Shown here piece by piece: positions 39,160 to 53,166 of a DNA stretch of 64,000 nt. A model generated the notes under the pieces. The model searched no databases. It saw only the letters and a program-made list of their open reading frames with translations, and was not told where the DNA came from. Every line of letters begins with the position of its first letter. Positions within the stretch are counted from its first letter, which is position 1. Source of the stretch: Macrostomum lignano (Eukaryota); contig NIVC01000021.1 in NCBI GenBank assembly GCA_002269645.1, positions 1-64,000 of the forward strand. The letters are read 5' to 3'. Both the position numbers and the translations under genes were made by a program.

Positions 39160-40920
39160 GTCATTTGTCCTGTTCGTGTTATTCCTTATCTGCATAGTGT
39201 CATTTGTCCTGTTCGTGTTATTCCTTATCTGCATAGTGTCATTTGTCCAAGCAGAGGGTCATTTGTCCTGTTCGTGTTATTCCTTATCTGCATAGTGTCA
39301 TGTCCAAGCAGAGGGTCATTTGTCCTGTTCGTGTTATTCCTTATCTGCATAGTGTCATTTGTCCAAGCAGAGGGTCATTTGTCCTGTTCGTGTTATTCCT
39401 TATCTGCATAATGTCATTTGTCCAAGCAGAGGGTCATTTGTCCAGTTCGTGTTATTCCTTATCTGCATAGTGTCATTTGTCCAAGCAGAGGGTCATTTGT
39501 CCTGTTCGTGTTATTCCTTATCTGCATAGTGTCATTTGTCCAAGCAGAGGGTCATTTGTCCTGTTCGTGTTATTCCTTATCTGCATAGTGTCATTTGTCC
39601 AAGCAGAGGGTCATCTGTCCAGTTCGTGTTATTCCTTATCTGCATAGTGTCATTTGTCCAAGCAGAGGGTCATTTGTCCTGTTCGTGTTATTCCTTATCT
39701 GCATAGTGTCATGTCCAAGCAGAGGGTCATTTGTCCTGTTCGTGTTATTCCTTATCTGCAGTGTCATTTGTCCAAGCAGAGGGTCATTTGTCCAGTTCGT
39801 GTTATTCCTTATCTGCATAGTGTCATGTCCAAGCAGAGGGTCATTTGTCCAGTTCGTGTTATTCCTTATCTGCATAGTGTCATGTCCAAGCAGAGGGTCA
39901 TTTGTCCTGTTCGTGTTATTCCTTATCTGCAGTGTCATTTGTCCAAGCAGAGGGTCATTTGTCCTGTTCGTGTTATTCCTTATCTGCATAGTGTCATGTC
40001 CAAGCAGAGGGTCATTTGTCCTGTTCGTGTTATTCCTTATCTGCATAGTGTCATGTCCAAGCAGAGGGTCATTTGTCCTGTTCGTGTTATTCCTTATCTG
40101 CATAGTGTCATGTCCAAGCAGAGGGTCATTTGTCCTGTTCGTGTTATTCCTTATCTGCATAGTGTCATGTCCAAGCAGAGGGTCATTTGTCCTGTTCGTG
40201 TTATTCCTTATCTGCATAGTGTCATTTGTCCAAGCAGAGGGTCATTTGTCCTGTTCGTGTTATTCCTTATCTGCATAGTGTCATTTGTCCAAGCAGAGGG
40301 TCATTTGTCCTGTTCGTGTTATTCCTTATCTGCATAGTGTCATTTGTCCAAGCAGAGGGTCATTTGTCCTGTTCGTGTTATTCCTTATCTGCATAGTGTC
40401 ATTTGTCTAGTTCGTGTTATTCCTTATCTGCATAGTGTCATGTCCAAGCAGAGGGTCATTTGTCCTGTTCGTGTTATTCCTTATCTGCATAGTGTCATGT
40501 CCAAGCAGAGGGTCATTTGTCCTGTTCGTGTTATTCCTTATCTGCAAAGTGTCATGTCCAAGCAGAGGGTCATTTGTCCTGTTCGTGTTATTCCTTATCT
40601 GCATAGTGTCATGTCCAAGCAGAGGGTCATTTGTCCTGTTCGTGTTATTCCTTATCTGCATAGTGTCATGTCCAAGCAGAGGGTCATTTGTCCTGTTCGT
40701 GTTATTCCTTATCTGCATAGTGTCATTTGTCCAAGCAGAGTGTCATTTGTCCTGTTCGTGTTATTCCTTATCTGCATAGTGTCATTTGTCCAAGCAGAGG
40801 GTCATTTGTCCTGTTCGTGTTATTCCTTATCTGCATAGTGTCATTTGTCCAAGCAGAGGGTCATTTGTCCTGTTCGTGTTATTCCTTATCTGCATAATGT
40901 CATCTGTCCAAGCAGAGGAT
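39160..40920. repeat. 57/59-bp satellite (20+39-bp subunits), about 30 copies
   Basis: GTCCAAGCAGAGGGTCATTTGTCCTGTTCGTGTTATTCCTTATCTGCATAGTGTCAT(TT). GTCATTTGTCC occurs twice per unit. Confidence 0.98.
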
Positions 40921-41727
40921 CATCTGTCTGTTCCTGTCATTGCCTGATCCATAGGCAGCCCACCCCGCATTAAATCACCCAAACCGGGGTCACATGACCT
41001 ACTAGGCTCGGCCCACCATAAGAGCAAGGCCCACAGGTTTAACACCCAACCAAGCCACAAAACTTTGCATTTGAAATTGACCAGCCTTTGTTTGTGAAGC
41101 AGACCAGACCATGAACAGCTGTCTACCCATCAATTATGATAACTGCAAATCAAATTCGAGCTACTCGCTTAGGAATTAAAAACTGCAGATTTTTATATTT
41201 TGACAATCAATAATTTTCATCAGCGTTTAGGATTTAAAAGTACATTAAGAAATTGTAGCATATGTAATCTTGAACTGGATAAAAATATATTTAGCTTACT
41301 ACGATATAAGCATACGGTAAAAATACAGTAATAATTATAATTTAATATTGCCAAGGAATAACAGAAAGTACACTATAGATCTGTATGCTGGGAAATCAAG
41401 ACATGAAAAGTCAAAACTGGAAACAATATTAACTGTATTTACAGCGATCAAACTTGGTGGATAGAAAATCGTTAAAATGTTCTTCATTAGCTACTAACAG
41501 TATGCTTTGCTGTCGCAGAGTATTAAGAAGCAAAAACTAACAATTTCAGAGCAAAAATGGAAGCAGGCGGTTCTAGACAGATAAAAGTGACAGTTCCGGG
41601 GTCTGCGAAATGGCAGAATTTATTGAGTCTTTTAATTAACTATGAGATCTGTGACTGATCCAGTTGATAGGCTGGCGCTACCGATGCCTGGTGCTTCAGT
41701 GATCACTACTCTCCCCTCCCCCAGCCT

Positions 41728-42395
41728 CATCAGTGACCCCCACTCTCCCCCAGACCCATCAGTGACCCCCACTCTCCCCCAGACCCATCAGTGACCCCCA
41801 CTCTCCCCAAGACCCATCAGTGACCCCCACTCTCCCCAGACCCATCAGTGACCCCCTCTCTCCCCAAGACCCACCAGTGACCCCCACTCTCCCCCAGACC
41901 CACCAGTGACCCCCACTCTCCCCCAGACCCACCAGTGACCCCACTCTCCCCCAGACCCACCAGTGACCCCCACTCTCCCCCTGACCCATCAGTGACCCCC
42001 ACTCTCCCAAGACCCATCAGTGACCCCCACTCTCCCCAAGACCCACCAGTGACCCACTCACCCCAAACCCATCAGTGACCCCCACTCTCCCCCAGACCCA
42101 TCAGTGACCCCCACTCTCCCCAAGACCCATCAGTGACCCCCACTCTCCCCAAGACCCACCAGTGACCCACTCACCCCAAACCCATCAGTGACCCCATCTC
42201 CCCCAGACCCATCAGTGACTCCCACTCTCCCCCTGACCCACCAGTGACCCCCACTCTCCCCAAGACCCATCAGTGACCCCCACTCTCCCCAAGACCCACC
42301 AGTGACCCCCACTCGCCCCAAACCCATTAGTGACCCCCACTCTCCCCCAGACCCATCAGTGACCCCCACTCTCCCCCAGACCCATCAGTGACCCA
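41728..42395. repeat. 29/30-bp C-rich minisatellite CCCATCAGTGACCCCCACTCTCCCCCAGA
   Basis: Direct reading. Confidence 0.95.
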
Positions 42396-42407
42396 ACTCT
42401 GACCCAG

Positions 42408-42499
42408 GTACCTCCATGGACCCGAACCCCCGCTCGTCCTGGATGAGACTGCAGACCCTGGATGAGGAACTGTCAGCAACAAGAAAGCAGTCAGTATGA
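42408..42499 (+). CDS. Possible terminal exon of an unresolved plus-strand gene, tail-to-tail with ATG3
   Basis: CCCAG| acceptor directly after the array; open frame TSMDPNPRSSWMRLQTLDEELSATRKQSV*. Upstream exons not established. Confidence 0.3.
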
Positions 42500-42664
42500 G
42501 AATATATGATGCGATTTCATCACGGAAAGTAATGGTGTGGATTATGACAGAAAACAATAAATACAAGATTAATTAATCCCACCAAATGGAGTCAATGAGT
42601 CAATGACAGGAAGTGAAAAAATCACCAAGCAGAGAGACTGACCAACAAACTTTTAAGCCAGGAC

Positions 42665-43458
42665 TCACAGCTCAAAATTACGGGTATAGTCGTACTCAAT
42701 AGTGGGAATCACGGCCTGCATGAACTTGAGGAAGATCAGCAGGTACTGGTGCACGCCCAGCTCCCGCCCGCCCTCCGACACCGTCACCATCAGCCGCTTC
42801 ATCACCTCGGCGTGACGGCACGGGTGCACGCTGGCCATGGGGGGCCCGGTCAGGTGCGGTTGCGTCTCCATGGTGACGGTCTTCTTGGCGTGGTCCTGGC
42901 TGAAGTCTGCGTACATCTGGTCCACGCTCAGCGGCGCTCCCTGCTCGCTGTAGCCAACCAGCCACATGCGCGGCGTCTGGTAGTACTTGTCGTACGTGAT
43001 GTGCAGGTCGTAGGTTCGAGTCTGCACAATGCTTTGATCTCCGCAGGCGCCGCTGTCGCTACCGGCGCCAGCTGCCCCGCTGCCGGCCTCGGCGCCGCCG
43101 GCTGTCATGACAACCGCGTCGTCCTCCAGCATGCCGGAGTTGGCGAAGGCCTCCATGTCCACCGCCTCCTCGTTGTCGTCATCTTCATCGTCGCCGCCTG
43201 CGTCCTCCGCCCGGCCGGCAGCACCAGCGGGCGCCGCCGCCGCCTCGTCCATCGACATGTCCTGCACCCGGTCGGCCAGGCCGCCGACGCCCGAGGCGCC
43301 ACCGCCGCTGCTACCGCCAGCGGCGCCGCCCTCCTGGGCGAAATGATGCGTGTCCACCCAGCCTCCGTCCGGGTCCGCCTCATCAATCACCTGTAAGCGG
43401 GCGGGTGAGCACTGCTCAGTATTTCACATTTATATCTATCTATCCATCTATCTATCTG

Positions 43459-43504
<46 letters not shown>

Positions 43505-43534
43505 CATCTATCCATCTATCTATCTATCTATCTG

Positions 43535-43577
<43 letters not shown>

Positions 43578-43578
43578 G

Positions 43579-43644
<66 letters not shown>

Positions 43645-43681
43645 CATCCATCTATCTATCTATCTATCTGTCTATCTATCC

Positions 43682-43761
<80 letters not shown>

Positions 43762-43762
43762 G

Positions 43763-43837
<75 letters not shown>

Positions 43838-44316
43838 GTCTATCTATCCATCTATCTATCTGTCTATCTATCCACCTATCTATCTGTTTATCCATCTAAC
43901 TATCTATATGTCTTATCTATCTACCTACCTACCTATCTATCTATCTATCTATCTAACTACCTATCTATCTACCTACCTAACCTACCTATCTGATCTGATA
44001 ACCCAATTCGCCCACCAACGCCAACCTTCTCCAAGCTGCGGTCGTGGCAGTCCATCTGGGCCACCCGCCGGTAGCAGGGCACATTCCGGGTGATAAGGAA
44101 CTGCTTCTCCGGCGGCAGGTGTGGCTTGGTGCGGGAGGCGTCCCCGGCCGACCACTGCCAGGTGGGACAGTGGTGCACCAGGAAGTCGCCGGCGGCAACG
44201 AACTCCTCGGGGGTGAGCACGCCAGTCTCTTTGAATTTGGACTCGCGCAGCACGGGAGTCATGTACTCGGCCACCTCCAAGCCTTTGCTCTTGACGGCAT
44301 TGATTAGCGACTGCAT
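42665..44316 (-). CDS. ATG3: Autophagy E2-like conjugating enzyme ATG3; exons 44316-44026 and 43390-42665
   Basis: [40 protein letters not shown]; [21 protein letters not shown]; catalytic HPC ([12 protein letters not shown]); [17 protein letters not shown]. Phase-0 intron. Confidence 0.98.
43432..43995. repeat. (TATC)n microsatellite filling the ATG3 intron
   Basis: Direct reading. Confidence 0.98.
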
Positions 44317-45119
44317 ACTGGCTGGAGATTGGATAGCAACGGGTGCTTCAGTTATTGAAAATCAACAACGGCCCTTTCAAGGGCGCACAAAATATTCTTT
44401 GTTGCTTGAGTCTTTAACCTAAAAGACTTGAAAGTTCCCCTTGCAATGAAAGTGAAATAAGTTTTTTTAACTTTAACCTACACTATACAAACCATAATGT
44501 CAATGTGCATCTGGTGTCAAACATCATTGTATCATAAGTTACCAACCCCAAGGTAGTCTAAAAGCTTATCTCACAAAAATAAAATCTAGATATAATAATA
44601 TGTTAGAGAACTTAGAACTAGATAAGCCACCTATGAGAAATATATATTCCTATAACTATATCCATATCCATATGTTCTATCTAAAATGTCTAAATATCTA
44701 TAAATTCCCTTAAGCATATCTATAGCTATAGTGGAATTCTAATTTTAATTACTTTCTTTAATGGTTAATGCCTATTGCCTAGTAACATTTATGAGTATTA
44801 ACATATTTGGTGAGATCTTTTTCTAGGTGACACATAACTACAATGTCTGAGTATTCCAAATTAGTTTAATAAACTCTTTGTTTAACAAACTTTTCATTTA
44901 TTAAAATTTGTTAAAATTAAAAAAAATAATAAAATATACAAAATGAATAAAGGATTGCATAGCATTGCTATTAGATAGATATGCCAAATAGGAAGTCTAT
45001 TTAATTTATTCATTAACTTCTTTAGTCACATGATAAAGTACAGGTGGATTATATGGTATCCAGTTGTCTAAGCTAACAATAACCCATATTGTGGAAGGTG
45101 TAGTATACACCAGAAAATT

Positions 45120-46320
45120 CCGGCATACAAACACTTTGCCTGGCATACATCTAGTGTAAATGGAAGAAATACAACTACCATGCATAATCATTTGCTTACA
45201 ATTCTTAGCTATACTTGTTCAAGCTTTTGGCATAGCATACAAAAGCAATGAAGTATATGAAATCATTGTGTAAATTACACAAAACAATTCTTTGGTACAA
45301 GCAAATTAATTTGCAAAATTATGACAATAAATTGAATTAAAACAATATTCTAAATTTTCTATAAGGAACTATGCCTTAATTAGTAATAGATGCAATTCTT
45401 TTGTTTTATTATAATATTAATTATTCTTGTTTTTTTAAATGATATACATTTTTAATTTTATTTTTTATGATAATTTTATTTTTGCCACACTAAGCATCGC
45501 TTATTACATAGCATAGTTTTTGTGCTTATTAATCACACATTTTTATTGGCATACAATTTATTAGAGGGCTTAATTGGCATATTTTATTGGTGTATACTTT
45601 ACTAGATAGCCAGATACTTTCCGGCGTATATATAACATGATCTACAATATAGACATTAACAAACCAACCAAACTGATTTAAATCAATGCAATGTAATGTA
45701 AAGGGTTATTCCCCATACTCCAGAAGGTGACTGGTACGCCGGAGATTTCCGGCGTACCAAATGAGTTTTCCAAAAAATTGGCGTACCACCATTGGCGTAC
45801 CACCAATTCGAAAAAGCATTTGGCATACTACCTTTGGCATACCACCAAGCTAAAGTTGAATTGGCATACCACTTTTAGTGTACCATTGGCACTACCAGGC
45901 AAAAAATCGTTGCCAAAGTAAAAACTTTTTGTAATTTTGCATAAATTACAACATACAAGATACGACTACATCACACGACAATGTATTTTATGTAAAAAAT
46001 TGCATATATTTTTTCCTGCATTGTATAACTTGATTAATCATTTTATAAATATATTAATAAAATAATTTAGCCTAGTATTATTGGTAAATAAATTTCTGAG
46101 CACTGATTATATCTGTTATTTTTTAATAATTGTTAAAGTTTGTCCGCCATATTTTTATCATTTTCAAAGTCGAAATGTTTATTATTTCTTTCGTATTAAC
46201 TAACAGATTTTTAGTGCCGCAACGTTATACACTGAGGGACCCCCACGTCTTTCTTTTGGCGTACCACTGGCGTACCACTTGGGAATCCTCCTTTTTCCTT
46301 CCGGCGTACCACATTACACC
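45120..46320. other. AT-rich stretch with clustered TGGCRTAC motifs and a perfect 12-bp hairpin (45732-45759); probable DNA-transposon subterminal region
   Basis: TGGTACGCCGGA-GATT-TCCGGCGTACCA. More than 10 GGCGTAC/GGCATAC copies in 45120-45900 and 46255-46310. Confidence 0.45.
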
Positions 46321-47824
46321 ATCCGGACTAATATAATATAACATAACTGCAGTATTTGCAATTAGGCCTAGGCTTATCAAAATTAAGTTTCCTAGATTGA
46401 GTAGAATGAAAAAAAGTTTATTAGAACATTTCAAATGTTACAAAGGTCACTAAATTTTACCCTGCATTTAGGCCTAGATCTAGCCAGTATATTTTTTATT
46501 ATAGGCCTAATTTTTATCATACTTATCATACATATCTATGTCTTCCAAATGCCCCAAGTGCATACATGCGCAACAGTCGGCCGAGTCGGCCGATCCGGCC
46601 GACCGATTTGGCGGCCAATCAAGGAAGTCGCAAAAATGCCCACCCAAAAAATAACCTGAAGAGTAGTACTAAGTAGCTGACGAGGCATTTTAGCTTAATA
46701 AAACAGTCATAGTTACTCCTGCCGTTTACCCAAAGTTGCGTTAATTTTGCTTTCGGGTTTTTTTATATGTAAGTCGCATTTTTGGCCAAAAACTACGTCG
46801 CATTTTTGTTAAAACTAAGTCGCACGGCTGACCGAATTTTGGAGGTTGCACATGTATGCCCAAGTGTAACAAGATAGTTGGCAGAAGGTAGGCAGCAAGG
46901 TAGCATATTATCTTTTGTGACTCTTGCAAATAATGTAATGGTACTATTGGGGCTATGATACAGCATACAGCCCAGGTAATGTTGGAAGTTGGCACAATGG
47001 ACCACACTATAAATAAATGAATAAATGCAGCTTTTAAGTTATGGCGTATACACCACATCTCACTGATGAATAGCCTATAAAATTACTTCTCTATTACATA
47101 TTGATCATTATCTTGCTTTCCAGTTGCTTCACATCTCTGTTAGTTAGGCCTAGATGAAATGGCATTAGACAAAAAGTCATTAGCCTAGACGAAACTATCT
47201 GGAATCGATTATACCCCACTCTATACTGTAGCTAATAACAATTTACCTCTTATCAACTTACTGTATTTTTAATTAGGAATTGTAACCATGGCCTATATGA
47301 TAAAATTAGGCCTATAGTATTATCCTCAAGACTTAGATAGCAAAGTTTTCAATAGCTGTGAAAAGGCCTAGATAGATGGTTGTGAGAACAATAGGGCCTA
47401 CTGCCGTTAAAGTTTAAAGAATGAAGATTTTTGTTGAAAGACAATAACTCTAGTAAGAATTTCACAAGAATGATCCATGATCATGATAAATAAACTAGAC
47501 TAGTCCTATATATTAAGCCAAGCGCGAACGATACGTTTTTGTTTTTCCTCGAAAATCCATCTTAAACTATTTTTATAAAAAAGAAACAAAAAATAAATCT
47601 TTTGACGACGATTTTGACGACTAGAATAATTTTTATTCTAGAATCACAATCGTTATATAAATAAATAAATAAATCTAGGAATACTTTAGGCGCTCAGCCA
47701 GGATTGCAGGTCGGGGCTGGTGCCGTCTTGGCAGTGCCACCCGGGACAATTTGGACTCAGTCTGACTAGGAACAATTTGACTGCCGAAAATTTGGCTTTT
47801 AGCAAAATAACCATGAACGAAATG

Positions 47825-47915
47825 AAATGACTGTGAACAAAATGACTGTGAACAAAATGACTGTGAACAAAATGACTGTGAACAAAATGACTGTGAACAA
47901 AATGACTGTGGACAA
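47825..47915. repeat. 15-bp tandem AAAATGACTGTGAAC, about 6 copies
   Basis: Direct reading. Confidence 0.9.
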
Positions 47916-48427
47916 AATCAAACTGGTAACTGAATGCCATTGTGGTCAGTATGATAGTCATCATCGTCAAGTAGAAGTAGAACGAAGACTTGCAACATTT
48001 CATGTATGAATACAAAGCGAGATTGAGAGAGCTTAAATCATCTAACAAATTCCACCGATATTTCCTAAGTTTTTCTTATATTGAGGATCTTTCTTTCTCC
48101 CCTATATGATCAACATCTGCTGAATTCTATGCATTCATTGAACACAGCTACAATGGTTACACGTAAAAATTATCCATTTCAACATTCATCATATAGCAGA
48201 TGCACGTTACATGCATTTCTTGTGTAAACTGAAGAGCGTTATTATGATCTTTATGATGAATACGAGCGCATGCAGAGTATGAGTCCCTTTCTGACGCAGT
48301 CAATTTTTGGCATGCAGTCATTTTGTCCACAGTCAAATTGTGGCATGGCAATCAAATTGCCACTATTGTCAATTGTCGTGGCACTATGGTAGCAGAGTAG
48401 CCACCTCGGGAGTGCCACCGTAAGGCG

Positions 48428-48806
48428 CCAGAGGCGCCAGCACCAGAGGCGCCAGCACCAGAGGCGCCAGCACCAGAGGCGCCAGCACCAGAGGCGCCAG
48501 CACCAGAGGCGCCAGCACCAGAGGCGCCAGCACCAGAGGCGCCAGCACCAGAGGCGCCAGCACCAGAGGCGCCAGCACCAGAGGCGCCAGCACCAGAGGC
48601 GCCAGCACCAGAGGCGCCAGCACCAGAGGCGCCAGCACCAGAGGCGCCAGCACCAGAGGCGCCAGCACCAGAGGCGCCAGCACCAGAGGCGCCAGCACCA
48701 GAGGCGCCAGCACCAGAGGCGCCAGCACCAGAGGCGCCAGCACCAGAGGCGCCAGCACCAGAGGCGCCAGCACCAGAGGCGCCAGCACCAGAGGCGCCAG
48801 CACCAG
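48428..48806. repeat. 15-bp tandem GGCGCCAGCACCAGA, about 25 identical copies
   Basis: Direct reading. Confidence 0.98.
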
Positions 48807-49754
48807 GCGAGAAAAACTGCCGTGCAGTGGCGTTTGAGTCAGCTGGCAAGGGAAATTGCCCCTGACTAACATCCTAAAATTTTCTTTAAAATATCTTCTG
48901 CCATATCCCTATTTAAAAATATAGTGGAAAGATTTGCTCAAAGAGTATAATAAAAAATGTTAAACATAATTTTGTTGCAGCTTGCACCAGGAAACAGTTC
49001 TGTAATCACAATTCTAAAAGTGGAACAGCCAACCGAAAATTCTTCCGAACCGATTCTATTTCTAGAACCGGAAATATAGGAAGAGCTATACAACAATGGT
49101 CTTATTAAAACAAAATTCTGATCTTTTTGTATTTCCGAACGGGATTTGAGCTACAATTCCAATATACGAGCGTAAAGTAGTCAAAATGTTTGTCGAAAAA
49201 TGAAACGTTCCAATGAATCTGCAGCTTACATGCAGAAAGAAACGAAGTTCTCCCGTCCTTCAACTTCAGGTCGTTCTTATGTGCATTTGCGCTTCCATTC
49301 TCCGGCCATGTTGACCAAGTTGGCTTCTATCAATCAAGTCTGAGATAACGAGATGTAGCTAATTAGCAAACAGCAAGTGAACAGAGAATGGCTCATGCCC
49401 TCCGCAGCAACCACTGGTGAGAGCACAATCAGCAGATTTGGAGCTGCCGTTCAACTTCAAGGACTTCACTCGAAACAAAAGCGGCCCACTAGCAGATGTC
49501 TCTTTTCCGAACTTCCCAAAAGCCTTTCGACTCAAAGCAGAAATCCACGGCATTCATTCTTCTATAGCAAATGTCTGCAATCCCAAGCCCTATGTAAATT
49601 ACCAAACCTGGGGAGGTAAGTATCGGTTGCCATGGTACCGGGAGATTTTGAACAAATAAATCATGGCAAAAAAGGGAACGGAGCAGTTCTGCCCGCTTCT
49701 AAAATTTTTCCTCGCCTCGAGACTTGATTTCACTCCTTGCTACAGTGTACCTGC

Positions 49755-50847
49755 ATGGAAACCTGCATCAGTGAGTTAACATTGATTTTTAAAATCGTTT
49801 CTTGGTGCAAAAAGAAAAACGCAAGTCCTACATGCTATCATTTTTTCAGGCCATCTGCTGGTTGCGCTGCTTTGGTCCGCCCGGCTGACCGACTGCGAGA
49901 GTTTGTCAAGTGACTGGATGAGGTTGGGACTGCCGCAGTGCCTGCCCGAGGCCCAGGCCGTGAGGGTGGCCGAAACTCCATCCGGCATCTCCGACTGCGT
50001 CCTGCTCGCCATGGCTACAAAGGACTCGAGCGGCCAGCTGGTGGCCCAGTTCGACTCGGACACTCGCCAGTGCTCGCTCTTCCAATACACCGCAGTGTGC
50101 CACCTCATCGATGGACTCGCTGCTGCAGAGAGCTCGCAGTCCCGCCGCTGTGCCGCATTCGCCAATGACAGAGCCGCCAAGTTCCTCACCTTGAGCAGAA
50201 ACCTGGGCGCCAAGCTGAAAGCCGTCTGGGTGATGAGCGACGATGCGGACGCCAGCAGGAGCAACTTGGTGTGCGGCCAGACGCAGCAGTGGATGTCGGA
50301 GAATGTGGAGTGGAGCAGCGAGGGAGCCAAGCTCGACGGAGTGTCGTCCAAGATGTGGCTGGAGAACGTGGAGCTCGCGAACCTGCAGCAGGGACTCACG
50401 TGGCTGCTCAGGCTCAAGCGGGATGCCAAGATCGCTCCGCTGTTGCAGACTTACAACTGCGACTCCAAGTCTCTGGGAGCTGCTCTCTGGGACGGCTCAC
50501 CGACAGCTTGGGGCTTGTACTTTTTCAGGGTGGCTCCATCGTATTCAGTGTTCAAAACAACTCTGGAAACAAACTTTTTTGAACGGAACAAATTCGCCGA
50601 AGTTGCCGTAACTTCGGCATCTCCCTTTGACGTCGAATTCTTTTCCAAGGTTGGGCGTGTGTCAAAACCGAATGTAGTGCAGATGGAAAACTATACTATT
50701 GCTGCGGTCCCAAAAATCAACTGCATTGGTTTGGGGTTTCGACCTGGAAGGTCTCAAATGTTGAAGGGCACGGTGCAGGCGGTGGCCATCATGAACGACA
50801 CGATGACGGAGGCTGAGATCAGCAGCTTCTTCGAATTGGTGCGCTGA
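49755..50847 (+). CDS. Secreted PAN-like plus LamG/ConA-like protein, copy 1; exons 49755-49770 and 49850-50847
   Basis: ATG GAA ACC TGC ATC A|GTGAGT ... TTTCAG|GC gives METCISHLLVALLWSARLTDC. PAN-like DC...VAQFDSDTRQCSL. LamG-like end LKGTVQAVAIMNDTMTEAEI (cf. F-x-G-x-I-x-x-V-x-I-x-x-x-x-L-S-x-x-E-I). Confidence 0.75.
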
Positions 50848-51149
50848 CGCCCCGGCGGTCCAGAAAATGATTTTTCTGACAAGTAACAAAAAGTTCTCTG
50901 CTTTTTTGTGATGGCCGGTTTTTATTTTCTGAAAAATATAATTAAAGCAATCAAACATGCATTTAAGCGTCTTCAATCATTTTTCTTTTTATTTCGACGT
51001 AGTGCTGAGAGACTGAAAAGTTGGATCTGCAGCGTCTAAAAGTTTGTCACTCTTACTGCTAAATGGATGATAAGCAAGTTCTAACAAACGGAAACTTCAC
51101 ATCGTAAAGGACACAAATAAAAACAGTCAATCAAGCGACGGAGGCAGGG

Positions 51150-51496
51150 GGTGTCTGCACCCTGGGACACTTTAAGCGACATTGTCACACAACCCGTGAG
51201 AGGCATTGTTGCCCATTCCGCTGACTCCCTTGAGCAGACACACAAGCGCGCGGATACGTACACAGGCATACGCAAAGGCACACAGGAGTGTACAGCAGCC
51301 CTAACTTTATCTACAGTTATGCATGTACAATGTACACTTCACTGTGCCTTGGGGTTGGCCATCAAAGGCGTTAATTGCAAGTGCAGATCCAAGCCTAGAT
51401 TCCAATTTAGCTCCAAAATTAATGTGACTGCAGTTGGAATCGAGCATTGGCCACTGGCACATCAGAGCGCCGCGGTAATCCACTGGGCTGCGGCCC
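51150..51496 (-). mobile_element. Second SINE-like family, copy 1
   Basis: Head GGGCCGCAGCCCAGTGG...TGCTCGATTCC (A/B-box-like). Aligns in inverted orientation with 55896-56210. Confidence 0.55.
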
Positions 51497-52045
51497 TCAA
51501 TACATCAGCCAATACAAAAACTAAAGTATTCTTAAAGCGCTAGATTGCATGCATTTCACAGAGTCACCTGCAAGGGACTGGTTGTGGCAATAAAATTCGA
51601 AAATTCGGAAAGCAAATTGTTTTCATCACAGTTCAGCTCCTCAACTTTCCCTAACTACGTTTCCCGTATTGCCGTACGTGCCGTGACTATCTGAGTCTCC
51701 AAATAAATCCACACTAATTATGAGTTAACATCTCGATCGAGCACTACAAAGCCTAACCCGCGAACTTCACAGTTCCATGTTTCAAACACTCGAAGCTTTT
51801 GCAGCCTGTGTCGGTGCCCGTGTCAGTTTTTCTGTCTTTTGATGGCGTCTGTTCCTACAGTAGGCCACCCAGTCTCCGAATTTAACTGGCTCCCTAAATC
51901 GCTTGCCAATCAGAAGTCAGCGTCTCACAGGAAAATTACGCTATCAGATGCCGTGTAACTGAGGAATCGAGAGGACTTATAACGGCAAAGAGAAGCGCGA
52001 AAATTTTCGTTCAAACTACAGAATATTTCTGCATTCCAAGACATC

Positions 52046-53166
52046 ATGGCACTTTTTCTGACCTGTGCGCCAGCTTATGTGGGTGAGTTTGAGTGGGTTT
52101 TCTCGAATACCGAACTGCAAACTCAATCGCTCCGGACATTCTTTTTAAATATCTACCAGGTCACCTTCTGGTTGCGCTGCTTTGGTCCGCCCAGCTGACC
52201 GACTGTGAGAGTTTGTCAAGTGACTGGATCAGGCTTGGACTGCCGCAGTGCCTGCCCGACGCTCAGGCGGTAAGAGTGGCCAAAACTCCATCCGGCATTG
52301 GCTGCATCATGATCGCTATGGCTACAAAGGACTCGAGCGGCCTGCAGGTGGCCCAGTTCGACTCGGACACTCGCCAGTGCTCGCTCTTCCAATACACCGC
52401 AGTGTGCCACCTCATCGATGGACTCGCTGCTGCAGAGAGCTCGCAGTCCCGCCGCTGTGCCGCATTCGCCAATGACAGAGCCGCCAAGTTCCTCACCTTG
52501 AGCAGGAAGCTCATGCTGGGTGTGGGCTCGAAGCTGAGGGCCGCCTGGGTGATGAGCGACGATGCGGACGCCAGCAGGAGCAACTTGGTGTGCGGCCAGA
52601 CGCAGCAGTGGATGTCGGAGAATGTGGAGTGGAGCAGCGAGGGAGCCAAGCTCGACGGAGTGTCGTCCAAGATGTGGCTGGAGAACGTGGAGCTCGCGAG
52701 CGTGCAGCAGGGACTCACGTGGCTGGTCAGGCTCAAGCGGACTGTCCGAGTGGAGGCAACGCTGCTCGAATCCTTTAGCTGCGACTTCATGGCTCTTTGT
52801 GCGGGTTTTTGGGACGGCTGGACTGGTGGATGGGGCCTGTACTTCTTCAGGGTGGCTTCATATTACTTTGAGTACTTCACACCTTCTGCCACGAACTCGT
52901 TTGACCCGAATGGATTCGTAGAGGTCGGCGTTACTTCGGCGTCTCCGTCAAGCCGCGACTTCTTCTCTAACTCCGGGTTCGTGCCGCGGTCTGCTGTGAA
53001 CACTGGTTCTCAGCGTAACGGCGCCGTGTCGACATGCAACTGCATCCGCTTGGGATTTCGACCTGGCGACCTGCGAATGCTGAAGGGCACGGTGCAGGCG
53101 GTGGCCATCATGAACGACACGATGACGGAGGCTGAGATCAACCACTTCTTTTTTCTGGTGCGCTGA
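52046..53166 (+). CDS. Secreted PAN-like plus LamG/ConA-like protein, copy 2; exons 52046-52082 and 52160-53166
   Basis: MALFLTCAPAYVG|GTGAGT ... ACCAG|GT HLLVALLWSAQLTDC. Same intron position and phase as copy 1. Confidence 0.75.

Noticed and set aside
39160-40920. CRISPR-like appearance of the 59-bp and 28-bp arrays
   Set aside because: Units are contiguous with no unique spacers, there are no cas genes, and the context is eukaryotic.
46655-46690. Third hammerhead (CTGAAGA / CTGACGA boxes)
   Set aside because: No stem II followed by GAAA, and no stem III or cleavage triplet.
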